Assembly: GCA_964431555.1 (NCBI GenBank) | Contig: CAYSJW010000009.1 | Span: forward strand, 10,413-74,412 | Reading direction: 5' to 3' | DNA length: 64,000 nucleotides | DNA from: an uncultured Gammaproteobacteria bacterium | GTDB taxonomy: Bacteria > Patescibacteriota > Microgenomatia > UBA8517 | Shown here: piece by piece, positions 8,629-17,593 of the stretch | How positions within the stretch are numbered: position 1 is the stretch's first letter | How the letters are laid out: the number at the start of each line of letters is the position of its first letter | Translations under genes and position numbers: made by a program | The notes under the pieces: generated by a model | The model's input: only the letters and a program-made list of their open reading frames with translations | What the model was told of the DNA's origin: nothing | Databases searched by the model: none

Positions 8629-10548
8629 ATGTCAGTAAAGTATTCAAAAGAAAATACACTATTAGGATTAAACGAAAAACAAATCGAGGCGGTTACCTTC
8701 GAAGGAGGTCCCCTTTTGGTTCTAGCTGGAGCAGGAAGTGGAAAAACAAAAGTCTTAACTCACAGAGTCGCCTGGTTTATAGCCCAAGGAAAAGTTCAAC
8801 CAGAAGAAGTTCTTTTGTTAACTTTCACCAACAAAGCAGCCGGCGAAATGAAAGAAAGAGTAATTAAACTAACAAAAAGTGTCCCTGCCTTTGCTGGAAC
8901 TTTCCATTCTTTTTGTGTGAAATTGCTTAGAAAAAGCGGTAGGGTAATTGATATTCCAGCCAACTTTCTTATTTTTGATGAAGAAGATAGCAAAGAAATC
9001 ATAAAAGAAGTCATTTCGAGATTAAATCTACCTACTGACAAATTCAACCCTAACACAGTTGCCTCACAAATATCCGAAGCCAAAAACCAGACACTCACCC
9101 CCCTACAATACGCAGAATTCACCCAAGGAGAGTGGCAGGAAAAGGTATTCAAAATATGGATTGAGTATGAAAAAAGCCTAAAAAAAATCGGCGCTCTTGA
9201 CTTTGACGATCTACTTTTAAAAACTGTGCAACTTTTCGATGAAAGTAAAAGCACACTTTCTTATTGGCAAACTATCTTAACCCACGTTTTTGTAGATGAG
9301 TGGCAAGATACAAACAAAGTCCAATATAAACTAACCAAACAAATTGTCGGGGAGAAAGAAAACTTAACCGCTGTTGGTGATGCCTCTCAATCAATATATT
9401 CTTGGAGAGGAGCCGACTACAGAAATATAAACTATCTCATACAAGACTTCCCTGGCATAAAGGTAATAAATCTAGAACAAAACTATCGCTCCACTCAAAT
9501 AATCCTAGATGCCGCAAACTCAATTATCAAAAAAAACACTTCTCACCCAATCTTAAAATTGTGGACAGAAAAAAAAGCAGGCCAAAAAATAAAAATATAT
9601 AGAAGTTCAAGCGAAGTGGATGAGGCATCTTTCATCTTAAAAGAGATCGATAAACTAATCTTTCAAGGCGCACAATACAAAGACATTGCAATTCTTTACC
9701 GAACAAACGCCCAGTCTCGTGTACTGGAAGAAAGTTTCCTCCATGCAGGGATTCCATATACTCTTGTAGGAGGAGTAAGATTCTACTCGAGGCGGGAAAT
9801 AAAAGATGTACTTTCTTTTTTACGATTGCTAATAAATCCAAATGATTCAGTATCTGAAAGACGTATTAAAAAAATTGGGAAAAGACAGTACGAAAAATTT
9901 TTAAAATTCTCCGAAAAACTTTCTTCTGATTGGCAAAATACAATGACTACATTAAACATTCTGGATCAAATCATCGAAAGTACTGACTACCTCTCAAAAT
10001 ATAAATTAGAAAATGAAGAAAACTTAGCCAGGCTGGAAAATATAAAGGAACTTCGATCCGTCGCGACTGAATTTCCTGACATTAACGAATTCCTTGAAAA
10101 TGTAGCGCTCATTGAAGCGGAACAGCTTGACTCTGGAAAAATCCAATCACAAGCCGCCAACAACCAATCACCACGTAACGCAGTTACACTCATGACCCTT
10201 CATTCAGCAAAGGGGTTGGAATTTCCGATTGTTTTTATAGTCGGAATGGAGGAGGGTCTTTTTCCTCATTCAAGGAGCCTTTTTGACATAGACCAACTTG
10301 AAGAAGAAAGACGTTTAGCTTATGTCGGAATAACCAGAGCCAAAGAAATCCTTTACCTAACGTACGCCATAAAAAGACTTTATTTTGGTCAAAGAACATC
10401 CAATACTCCCTCAAGATTTATAGTTGACATACCTGAAAACTTACTGGAAGGGGTAGAAGGAAATTTTAAAAGGTACTATACAAATGATACAAACGATAAA
10501 CTCAACGATTATTTTAAAAACGAAATCGACGATATCATAAATTTCTAA
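8629..10548 (+). CDS. pcrA: UvrD/PcrA-family SF1 DNA helicase
   Basis: Walker A LAGAGSGKT, motif II VFVDEWQDTN, motif III VGDASQSIYSWRGA, motif IV NYRST, motifs V/VI TLHSAKGLEFPIVFIVGMEEGLFPH…VGITRAK. Confidence 0.8.
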   Translation: MSVKYSKENTLLGLNEKQIEAVTFEGGPLLVLAGAGSGKTKVLTHRVAWFIAQGKVQPEEVLLLTFTNKAAGEMKERVIKLTKSVPAFAGTFHSFCVKLLRKSGRVIDIPANFLIFDEEDSKEIIKEVISRLNLPTDKFNPNTVASQISEAKNQTLTPLQYAEFTQGEWQEKVFKIWIEYEKSLKKIGALDFDDLLLKTVQLFDESKSTLSYWQTILTHVFVDEWQDTNKVQYKLTKQIVGEKENLTAVGDASQSIYSWRGADYRNINYLIQDFPGIKVINLEQNYRSTQIILDAANSIIKKNTSHPILKLWTEKKAGQKIKIYRSSSEVDEASFILKEIDKLIFQGAQYKDIAILYRTNAQSRVLEESFLHAGIPYTLVGGVRFYSRREIKDVLSFLRLLINPNDSVSERRIKKIGKRQYEKFLKFSEKLSSDWQNTMTTLNILDQIIESTDYLSKYKLENEENLARLENIKELRSVATEFPDINEFLENVALIEAEQLDSGKIQSQAANNQSPRNAVTLMTLHSAKGLEFPIVFIVGMEEGLFPHSRSLFDIDQLEEERRLAYVGITRAKEILYLTYAIKRLYFGQRTSNTPSRFIVDIPENLLEGVEGNFKRYYTNDTNDKLNDYFKNEIDDIINF

Positions 10549-10553
10549 ATTTC

Positions 10554-11579
10554 ATGGAAACAAAAGAAATATTAAAAAAGGAAAATTTTAATAAAACCTC
10601 TCTTCATCCACTTCAATCTTGGGAATGGGGAGAGTTCAGAAAAGAATGGGGTAATAAAGTAGTAAGATTTCCATTTGGCCAGATAATATTTTCAAAAATT
10701 CCCTTGACAAAACTTAAAATCGGAACCTTTATAAAGGGACCAAAACCGACTCAAAAAATGATTCAAACATTAAAAAGACTAGGAAAGAAAGAAAACGCTT
10801 TGTTTATTAAATTGGAACCAAATGTAATAGTAAATTCAAAATTCAAATTTCAAGATTTAAAATTACAAACCAGAAATGAAAGAAGGATAATTAAATTATT
10901 AGAAGATAACCATTTCGTAAAAGGAAAAACACTATTTACTCCCACCTCGTTCTGGATTGATTTAACTAAATCTGAAGAAGAGCTGATGCAAAATTTCTCA
11001 AGCAAAACTCGTTACAACATTCGCTTGGCACAAAGGCATGAAGTTAAAATAACTGAGGACAATTCCGATCTCGCCTTTGAAAAATATCTTGAATTAACTC
11101 GAGAAACAGTTAAACGACAGAGTTTTTACGCCCACACTGAAAAATACCACAGATTGATGTGGAAACATTTACATAAAATCCCGATTTCAAAATCTCAAGA
11201 ACCAATCGCAAGACTTTTGACAGCTAAATATAAGGGTGAGGTCATAACAACTTGGATTGTCTTCGTCTGGAAAGACTTTCTTTACTACCCCTACGGGGCA
11301 TCTTCCTACAAGTATAAGAATGTTATGGCAAATAACCTAATGATGTGGGAGGCAATTCGCTTCGGTAAGAAACTGGGCTTAAAAACTTTTGATCTCTGGG
11401 GCAGAGAAGAAGGAAAAGGTTTCACTAAGTTTAAAGAAGGCTACAATCCGCAAATTGTTGAATTTTTGGGAAGTTGGGATCTAATAACTTCACCCTATTA
11501 CAAACTTTATAAAATTGTCGAAAGTCTTCGCTGGCAAATCCTAAGAACTAAAAACAAATTCATAAAACCAAAGTTTTAA
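10554..11579 (+). CDS. FemAB-family peptidoglycan interpeptide-bridge aminoacyltransferase (FemX/MurM-like)
   Basis: Motifs SKTRYNIRLAQRHEV, YYPYGASSYKYKN and FDLWGRE match the FemAB (PF02388) signature. Confidence 0.75.
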   Translation: METKEILKKENFNKTSLHPLQSWEWGEFRKEWGNKVVRFPFGQIIFSKIPLTKLKIGTFIKGPKPTQKMIQTLKRLGKKENALFIKLEPNVIVNSKFKFQDLKLQTRNERRIIKLLEDNHFVKGKTLFTPTSFWIDLTKSEEELMQNFSSKTRYNIRLAQRHEVKITEDNSDLAFEKYLELTRETVKRQSFYAHTEKYHRLMWKHLHKIPISKSQEPIARLLTAKYKGEVITTWIVFVWKDFLYYPYGASSYKYKNVMANNLMMWEAIRFGKKLGLKTFDLWGREEGKGFTKFKEGYNPQIVEFLGSWDLITSPYYKLYKIVESLRWQILRTKNKFIKPKF

Positions 11580-11581
11580 TC

Positions 11582-12409
11582 ATGGTCGATCTTCGCCAAA
11601 CCCCCCAATATGCAACCTTTATGAAATCAATTGGCTGGGTTGTAGAAAGAGAAAATGCTATAAATTACTTTATTAAAAAAATACCTTTTATCGGTTCATT
11701 TATAAAAATTCAACGCCCCAATAGAATTGATATAGAGCGTATCGACAATCTAATTCACAAATACAAAGCATTCCAGATTGTAATTGAGCCCAAAGACACT
11801 AATCAACAATCATTAATCACAAATTCCGGCTTTCGACAAAGCCGGATTCCCTTTATTCCCGCAAAAACTATTTATATAAATCTAACAAAATCGGAAAAAC
11901 AACTTCTCTTCGAAATGCATTCTAAAACCCGATATAACATAAAGAAAGCTACAAACAATAAACTACAAGTAACACATTCTAATAAAATAGAAGAATTTGC
12001 CGAATTCTGGCAAAAGTGTGCCTTAAAACAAAGAGGAATGTTTTTAAGCCAAAAAAAAGAAATTGTCAATCTATATAAAGCCTTTGGAAAAAACATCCAT
12101 CTTATCTTTATACACAAAAAGGGAGAAATTCTTTCAGGTGTCTTAATGCCAACCAGTAAAGAAATTGCCTACTATATGTATGCTGCCTCCTCCGATATTG
12201 GGAAAAAGCTATTTGCACCCACCCTGAATACATGGGAGGCAATAAAATTAGCCAAAGGAAAAGGATGTGAAATTTTTGATTTCGAAGGAATATTCGATGA
12301 ACGTTTTCCTTTAAAATCCTGGATTGGTTTCACAAGATTCAAGAAAAGTTTTGGTGGAACTGAAATCAAATATCCTGGAGCATTTACAAAATACTTCTTT
12401 CCTTTTTAA
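11582..12409 (+). CDS. FemAB-family aminoacyltransferase, shorter paralog
   Basis: SKTRYNIKKATNNKLQV, YYMYAASSD, CEIFDFEG. It is a tandem paralog of the upstream gene, with a 2-nt gap. Confidence 0.7.
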   Translation: MVDLRQTPQYATFMKSIGWVVERENAINYFIKKIPFIGSFIKIQRPNRIDIERIDNLIHKYKAFQIVIEPKDTNQQSLITNSGFRQSRIPFIPAKTIYINLTKSEKQLLFEMHSKTRYNIKKATNNKLQVTHSNKIEEFAEFWQKCALKQRGMFLSQKKEIVNLYKAFGKNIHLIFIHKKGEILSGVLMPTSKEIAYYMYAASSDIGKKLFAPTLNTWEAIKLAKGKGCEIFDFEGIFDERFPLKSWIGFTRFKKSFGGTEIKYPGAFTKYFFPF

Positions 12410-12517
12410 TTAAATTCTTCTTCGACTCCCAGCTTATCAATTAATTCCAGTTCATCTACCCCTGTCCCCTTCCCCTTTTCTCTTTTGGCGGTATTTTCCC
12501 ATCTTTTTAACTCTCCC

Positions 12518-15511
12518 TTACTTTCTATCCTCCCTGCAGAATAATTTATACTCACAGCTTTCACAAAGTATGTTTCCGGAGCACTTGAAATCAGATTCCT
12601 CTATCTGTTTTTTATAATCTAATATTTCCTCTTTTGCCTTCTCAATTTGTTCTGCAGTTCTTCTTGTTGTAACAATTTGTGGCTTATCAAAATAGTACAA
12701 AGAAAGTTTTACCTCATCCGGTTTTCTATTGAAAGGATACTCCGGAATTAACGTTGCTGCTAAAGCATAAATCGATAACTGCAAGTCGGAATCAGCTTCT
12801 TTTTGAGTCAAAGGATTAGCTCCAGTTTTGTAATCAATTATATTTACTCCACCTTCGTCCTCATCCACTCTATCCATCTTTCCGCCAACTCTTAAGTTTC
12901 CGACTCTCACCACAAACGGTTGTTCTGTTTGAATAGGAATAACTTTCGGATCAAAAAGATTGATGTAATAATGCTTCAAAAATTTCTTCATTTTCTCAAA
13001 AGAACGTTTTTCATGACTTTTTCCTAAATATCCCTCTGAAATCCACTTCTCCTCTAGAATTTTAAAGATCAAAGAAAGACTCATCTTTTTCCCAGCTTTA
13101 ACTAAATCGTAAAAAGTTTTCATAACTGAATGAAAGGTATTCCCAAAACTTTGCGAAGATGTTGGCGGAGTCGGGAGCTGGTAAATATATTTAAGTTTAT
13201 AATGCAAGGGACAGGTTCTAAAAGTTTCTATTTGGGAGTAGGAAAGATAATCGACATGGAATTCAAATTCTTTATCATCGGCCAAAGTACTCAAAGATGA
13301 AGGTTGAAAATCAAGAAAGCTTAATTGGACATTACCTTCTGCAAATTTTTCGCTAACTCCAGCTTTTTCACCGAGTGACTCAAAAATAAAGGGGGAAAGT
13401 TTCTTTTCCCTTCTGCTATCTCCATAAAAGTTAGCCGCAGTAAAATAAAGTCTGTCCATCGCCCGTGTCATCCCTACATAAAAAAGCCTCCTTTCTTCTT
13501 GAAGATGATAATCCCCTTGTGGCAATACTTCCTTTATCAGCTCATCAGGTATTGGTATTTGTTCTCTTCTTTCATTTGTTGGAAACCTTTGCGAAACAAG
13601 ATTAACCAAAAAGACAATCGGAAATTCCAATCCCTTGGCTGAATGAATCGTTAAAATGTTAACCGCATTCTCTTTTGAAAAATCAAAATCGTAAGCTAAA
13701 GGTGATTCTCCTAACTCGCTCGCCAATTCTATCCAATCCACCACAGATGATACACTAGCATCTTCATGCTCAGTTTCATAGGTTTTCAATTTTTCAAAAA
13801 ACTTTGAAATATTCAAAGCTCTTCTTTCTGCCTCTGCCGAATCGGGACTAAGGTATTTCTGCAACAATCCAGTATCCTGTAAAAAATAATACAATAATTG
13901 ACCAGCTGTTTCTTTGCTTACTTTTTTTATATGCCTATCAATGACACTAATCAACTTGACAATTTTCTCCCTCGTTTCCTGCTTAACAAAAATTTCGTCA
14001 ACTCTCTCACACGCACTATATAAAGAAATATTTTGCCTCCTGGCAAAATTAGATATCCTAATGATGTCTTTTGCATCTATATCAAAATAATCAATAGACA
14101 AAAGCCTATAAAAAGAAACAGAATCATCAAGATCATACAAAACCTTTAAATACGCTATAAGGTCGATAATTTCCGGCTGTTTAAAGAGTCTACCCGGACC
14201 CAAAAATTGGTATGGAATTGAATGCCTTTGTAAGGATCTAATAAAAGGTTCCGAATGATTATTTGCTCTCACTAAAATAGCAATATCTTTATATGTGTAA
14301 TTTTGCTCTCTTTGTTTATTCTTTGAAGTAATCTTTAAAATTTCTCTGGCTACTGCCTCCGCCTCATCTTCAACTCTCTCTTTGTGAATAAAACAGATAG
14401 GTTCCCCATCTTTCAAATCCCTAAAACTTATTAAATTTTTATCAATCCCAAGTTTAGCCTCTAATGTATCCGGATTGTTAAACTGAATCAACCTATAAGC
14501 ACAATCCAAAATTGATTGAGTAGACCGATAATTCTTGGTTAAAACAATTGTTTCAGCATTTTTATAATCTTTCTTAAAATACAAAATATTTGATACTGCA
14601 GCACCTCTGAATTTATAAACAGATTGCGAATCATCTCCAACAACTGTTAAGTTCCCTTTACTTTCGGGAGGAACAAGAAGTTTAAGTAATTCATACTGTG
14701 CAATATTAGTATCTTGAAACTCGTCAACTAAAATGTATTTAAACTGCTTCTGGTAATCTTTCAAGATATTTTTTCTCTTTCTGAAAAGGTACAAAGTTTT
14801 AACAATTAAGTCACCAAAATCCATGAAACCCTCTCTTACTTTTAGTTCGTCATATTTCCCGTAAGCCTTTGCCAATTCCATCCATTTAGAATTCTCCTCC
14901 ATCAATACACTTAGTTCCTCCTTAGTATATCTTTTACTCTTGCCTTTTATTTTTCCTTTCGCCAATTTTAATTTCTGATTTTTAATTTTTGAATTCACCC
15001 AGCTTAAGTATTGATGTGGTGTCACATCCTCATCTTGTAATCTTGAAAAATGCTGAATCATCCCTTCAACAAATTTAGTAGGATTTCCCAAAGGCCGAAA
15101 GTAATCTAAATCAAATTCAAATAAATTTTTCCTGACAAACTGAATTATCTCCGAATTAGTTAAAAGCCTATATTTTGTACTTAATCCTATGTGTAAAGCA
15201 TTATCTCGCAAAATACGATCGCAAAAAGAGTGAAATGTAGAAATCCACATCTGTGTATAACCCAAAGGAAGTGCAACGTCTACCCTTTCTTCCATTTCAT
15301 GAGCCGCTTTTTCAGTAAAGGTTAATGCCAAAATTTCCGAAGGTCTCGCCAAATCTTTTTTGATTAGATATTTTATCTTTTCAGTTACAACCGTAGTTTT
15401 ACCCGTTCCTGCTCCGGCAATAATCAAAAGTGGGCCATCAAAATACTCAACTGCCCTTTTTTGTTCCTCATTAAGTTTTTTTCTATCTTCCATCGAAATA
15501 AATTCTACCAC
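12518..15511 (-). CDS. Single-chain UvrD-type SF1 helicase fused to a C-terminal RecB/Cas4-like PD-(D/E)XK nuclease with Cys4 (Fe-S-type) cluster; AddA/AdnB-like
   Basis: Helicase motifs AGAGTGKT, ILVDEFQDTN, VVGDDSQSVYKFRGA, NYRSTQ, IHSAKGLEFPIVFLV, YVGMTRA. Nuclease motifs FRTCPLHYKL…GNTFHSVM…GKMDRVDE…NIIDYKTG…QLSIYALA. C-terminal CSGNILCESCEYKLFC gives the Cys(N)…Cx2Cx5C ligand pattern. Confidence 0.8.
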   Translation of the reverse strand: MVEFISMEDRKKLNEEQKRAVEYFDGPLLIIAGAGTGKTTVVTEKIKYLIKKDLARPSEILALTFTEKAAHEMEERVDVALPLGYTQMWISTFHSFCDRILRDNALHIGLSTKYRLLTNSEIIQFVRKNLFEFDLDYFRPLGNPTKFVEGMIQHFSRLQDEDVTPHQYLSWVNSKIKNQKLKLAKGKIKGKSKRYTKEELSVLMEENSKWMELAKAYGKYDELKVREGFMDFGDLIVKTLYLFRKRKNILKDYQKQFKYILVDEFQDTNIAQYELLKLLVPPESKGNLTVVGDDSQSVYKFRGAAVSNILYFKKDYKNAETIVLTKNYRSTQSILDCAYRLIQFNNPDTLEAKLGIDKNLISFRDLKDGEPICFIHKERVEDEAEAVAREILKITSKNKQREQNYTYKDIAILVRANNHSEPFIRSLQRHSIPYQFLGPGRLFKQPEIIDLIAYLKVLYDLDDSVSFYRLLSIDYFDIDAKDIIRISNFARRQNISLYSACERVDEIFVKQETREKIVKLISVIDRHIKKVSKETAGQLLYYFLQDTGLLQKYLSPDSAEAERRALNISKFFEKLKTYETEHEDASVSSVVDWIELASELGESPLAYDFDFSKENAVNILTIHSAKGLEFPIVFLVNLVSQRFPTNERREQIPIPDELIKEVLPQGDYHLQEERRLFYVGMTRAMDRLYFTAANFYGDSRREKKLSPFIFESLGEKAGVSEKFAEGNVQLSFLDFQPSSLSTLADDKEFEFHVDYLSYSQIETFRTCPLHYKLKYIYQLPTPPTSSQSFGNTFHSVMKTFYDLVKAGKKMSLSLIFKILEEKWISEGYLGKSHEKRSFEKMKKFLKHYYINLFDPKVIPIQTEQPFVVRVGNLRVGGKMDRVDEDEGGVNIIDYKTGANPLTQKEADSDLQLSIYALAATLIPEYPFNRKPDEVKLSLYYFDKPQIVTTRRTAEQIEKAKEEILDYKKQIEESDFKCSGNILCESCEYKLFCREDRK

Positions 15512-15605
15512 CCTATATAAACCTATACACCGTCAATTTGATAAAAGTAGACCAATAAACGCTTCCAAAAAGGCTAAAATGATAAATGCAAAAATAATAT
15601 ATTTA

Positions 15606-16562
15606 CTATTTACTTAACCTAGGTATTTTAGAGTCTTCTCCTTTTATACTTTCGGTTGAAGTTATTTTCTGACCCAGCCTACCAAATAGAGAATAAACAT
15701 CACCCATGACATTAAATGCATTGGTTAGATGTCTTTGTAAAACATCCAAATGTTCCCCAACCTTGTCATAATCTTTCTTTATGGCTCTTATAGAAGCCAA
15801 GATTTCCTTTGCTCTCATTTCAATTTTCTGGCCCTCAAAACTCATGAGTATTGCTTTCATATATGCATAAAAAGTAGTTGGAGAAACAGGTAATACTCTC
15901 TTCCTGCCAGCATAATCAAAAAGATCCTCATCGTTAACAATTTCATAGTAGACAGCTTCGCTAGGTAAATACATCAAAGCATAATCAATCGTACCTTCTT
16001 CCGTTAAGATATATTTTCGCGAAATATCATCGATGTGTTTTTTTACATCTTTCCTGAACTCCCTTTGATAAATTTTTGCCTCCGTTTCATCTTTTGTTTT
16101 ACTCATTTTGGAAAAATTTTCCATGGGAAACTTAGAATCAATTGGAATTATTCCTGCCGATGTTTTTATCGCTGCGTCAACTTTTTCTCCAGACTTAAAT
16201 GTATATTGAAGATAAAATGATTGTTTTGGCAAAAATTGTGAAAGAAGCTCCTTCAAAACTTGTTCACCAAAATTTCCGCGAATTTTTGGACTCCTCAAAA
16301 ATTCTTGCAATTCTCTCATTCCCCGACCTATCTCAACCATCTCTCCAATACTTTTTTGGACTGAAGAAATAACTCTTGCTGCGTTATCTAATCTTTCATT
16401 AAAAATTTTGCCTTGTTCATTTAAACGAAGATTTGTAGTTTTAAGATATTCCAAAAGTTCATCCGAAGCACCTTTCTTCTGCACAAAATCATTAAGGCGT
16501 TTATTCAAAAACAAGCCTAATAAAAACAGCCCAACAAGCAAAACTAAAATAAAAATCTCCAT
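15606..16562 (-). CDS. rmuC: DNA recombination protein RmuC homolog
   Basis: N-terminal TM, coiled-coil region, then PKIRGNFGEQVLKELLSQFLP…IIPIDSKFPMENF, matching the RmuC core (RGxWGE… vDaKfPlexy). Confidence 0.6.
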   Translation of the reverse strand: MEIFILVLLVGLFLLGLFLNKRLNDFVQKKGASDELLEYLKTTNLRLNEQGKIFNERLDNAARVISSVQKSIGEMVEIGRGMRELQEFLRSPKIRGNFGEQVLKELLSQFLPKQSFYLQYTFKSGEKVDAAIKTSAGIIPIDSKFPMENFSKMSKTKDETEAKIYQREFRKDVKKHIDDISRKYILTEEGTIDYALMYLPSEAVYYEIVNDEDLFDYAGRKRVLPVSPTTFYAYMKAILMSFEGQKIEMRAKEILASIRAIKKDYDKVGEHLDVLQRHLTNAFNVMGDVYSLFGRLGQKITSTESIKGEDSKIPRLSK

Positions 16563-16622
16563 AAATATACCTTTATCAAATTATCATTTTAACACCTAAA
16601 TAATATAAAATGGAATTAAATT

Positions 16623-16961
16623 ATGAGCAAAATTAAAATTAGACAAAGGGAAATTAAACTTAGAAAAAATTTTTTCTTTACGCTTTTATTAACCATATCT
16701 TTTTGGATACTTTTAGGCTGTCTGATTTTCTTTACAGACCCGTCAGGTTTCGGATCAATAACTCTTTTCTTCTTACTAACTTTCATAGCACTTACCTTTA
16801 CCTTTTCAATTGTTTTTATAAACACAAGAAGGGGAATAATATCGGCGATAGTTTTAGTAATTTTTCTTTTTTTTAGATTTTTAGGAATAGGCAATCTCCT
16901 AAACTTCCTTTTATTACTTGGAATCGGATTAACAATAGAGTACTTTTTATCGAACAAATAA
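16623..16961 (+). CDS. Small polytopic membrane protein (112 aa), hypothetical
   Basis: Three to four hydrophobic helices. The overlapping minus-strand ORF (16616..16978) is Lys-rich and looks like the antisense shadow of a Phe/Leu/Ile-rich gene in AT-rich DNA. Confidence 0.35.
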   Translation: MSKIKIRQREIKLRKNFFFTLLLTISFWILLGCLIFFTDPSGFGSITLFFLLTFIALTFTFSIVFINTRRGIISAIVLVIFLFFRFLGIGNLLNFLLLLGIGLTIEYFLSNK

Positions 16962-17053
16962 TTTAAAGCTATTGACATAATTAATCTTCTTGATATACTG
17001 CAATTAGTCTTTTAAAAAGGACTTCATTAAAATAAAGTCTGCCTCCGAAAAAT

Positions 17054-17407
17054 ATGAGAACATCAGATAAAATTCTTAACCCTTCTTTAAAGAAAGAAAT
17101 CGAAAATACATTTGCTCAAACCATTGCAGATCTTAAAGATATTTCTGAAGCAAAAACTTTTCTCAAAGATTTTTTTAACGAAAGCGAAAATGAGGCATTC
17201 GCAAAAAGACTTGCAGTGGCTTACTGGCTTAGAAAAAAAAGATCATACAATAACATTAAAGAAAATTTAAAAGTATCAAGCGCAACAATAGCATCTGTTC
17301 AATCCATGATGGAAAAACCAGGCTTCAAACTCGCACTCAAAAAAATAGAAGCCGAAGAGTGGGCTAGCAAATGGGCTGAAAAAATAAAGAAATTTGTTAA
17401 ACAATAA
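17054..17407 (+). CDS. TrpR-like/YerC-YecD family small DNA-binding protein
   Basis: KRLAVAYWLRKKRSYNNIKENLKVSSATIASVQ resembles the YerC/TrpR-like HTH. Confidence 0.5.
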   Translation: MRTSDKILNPSLKKEIENTFAQTIADLKDISEAKTFLKDFFNESENEAFAKRLAVAYWLRKKRSYNNIKENLKVSSATIASVQSMMEKPGFKLALKKIEAEEWASKWAEKIKKFVKQ

Positions 17408-17496
17408 AAATCCTAAACAATACCATGAAAAAAGAAAACAAAATGATGATGCAATCAAACTTCTAGGAAAGGAGGTTTGATCTGCAAAAGGGAAAG

Positions 17497-17517
17497 ACCT
17501 CCATAAGGAGGTTTTTT
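17497..17517 (+). terminator. Intrinsic terminator hairpin (ACCTCC-ATAA-GGAGGT + T6) between the yerC-like gene and metG; an upstream GGAGGT copy (17471-17476) could form an alternative pairing
   Basis: Stem 17497-17502 ACCTCC pairs with 17507-17512 GGAGGT, then TTTTTT at 17512-17517. The same ACCTCC could instead pair with GGAGGT at 17471-17476. Confidence 0.4.
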
Positions 17518-17593
17518 GTGCGATAATTAAATGAAAAATATTCAGACCTATTTGGAAGTTTCAAATAATTTAACATTATAGTCTAATCAATCT

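Noticed and set aside
16616-16978. 120-aa Lys-rich minus-strand ORF overlapping the plus-strand small membrane protein
   Set aside because: Typical antisense shadow ORF of a Phe/Leu/Ile-rich gene in AT-rich DNA (AAA/AAG codons opposite TTT/CTT). No recognisable features.
17520-17593. 16-codon mini-ORF (MKNIQTYLEVSNNLTL) just upstream of metG
   Set aside because: The only SD-like sequence is ~19 nt from its ATG and there is no conservation evidence. Likely fortuitous.
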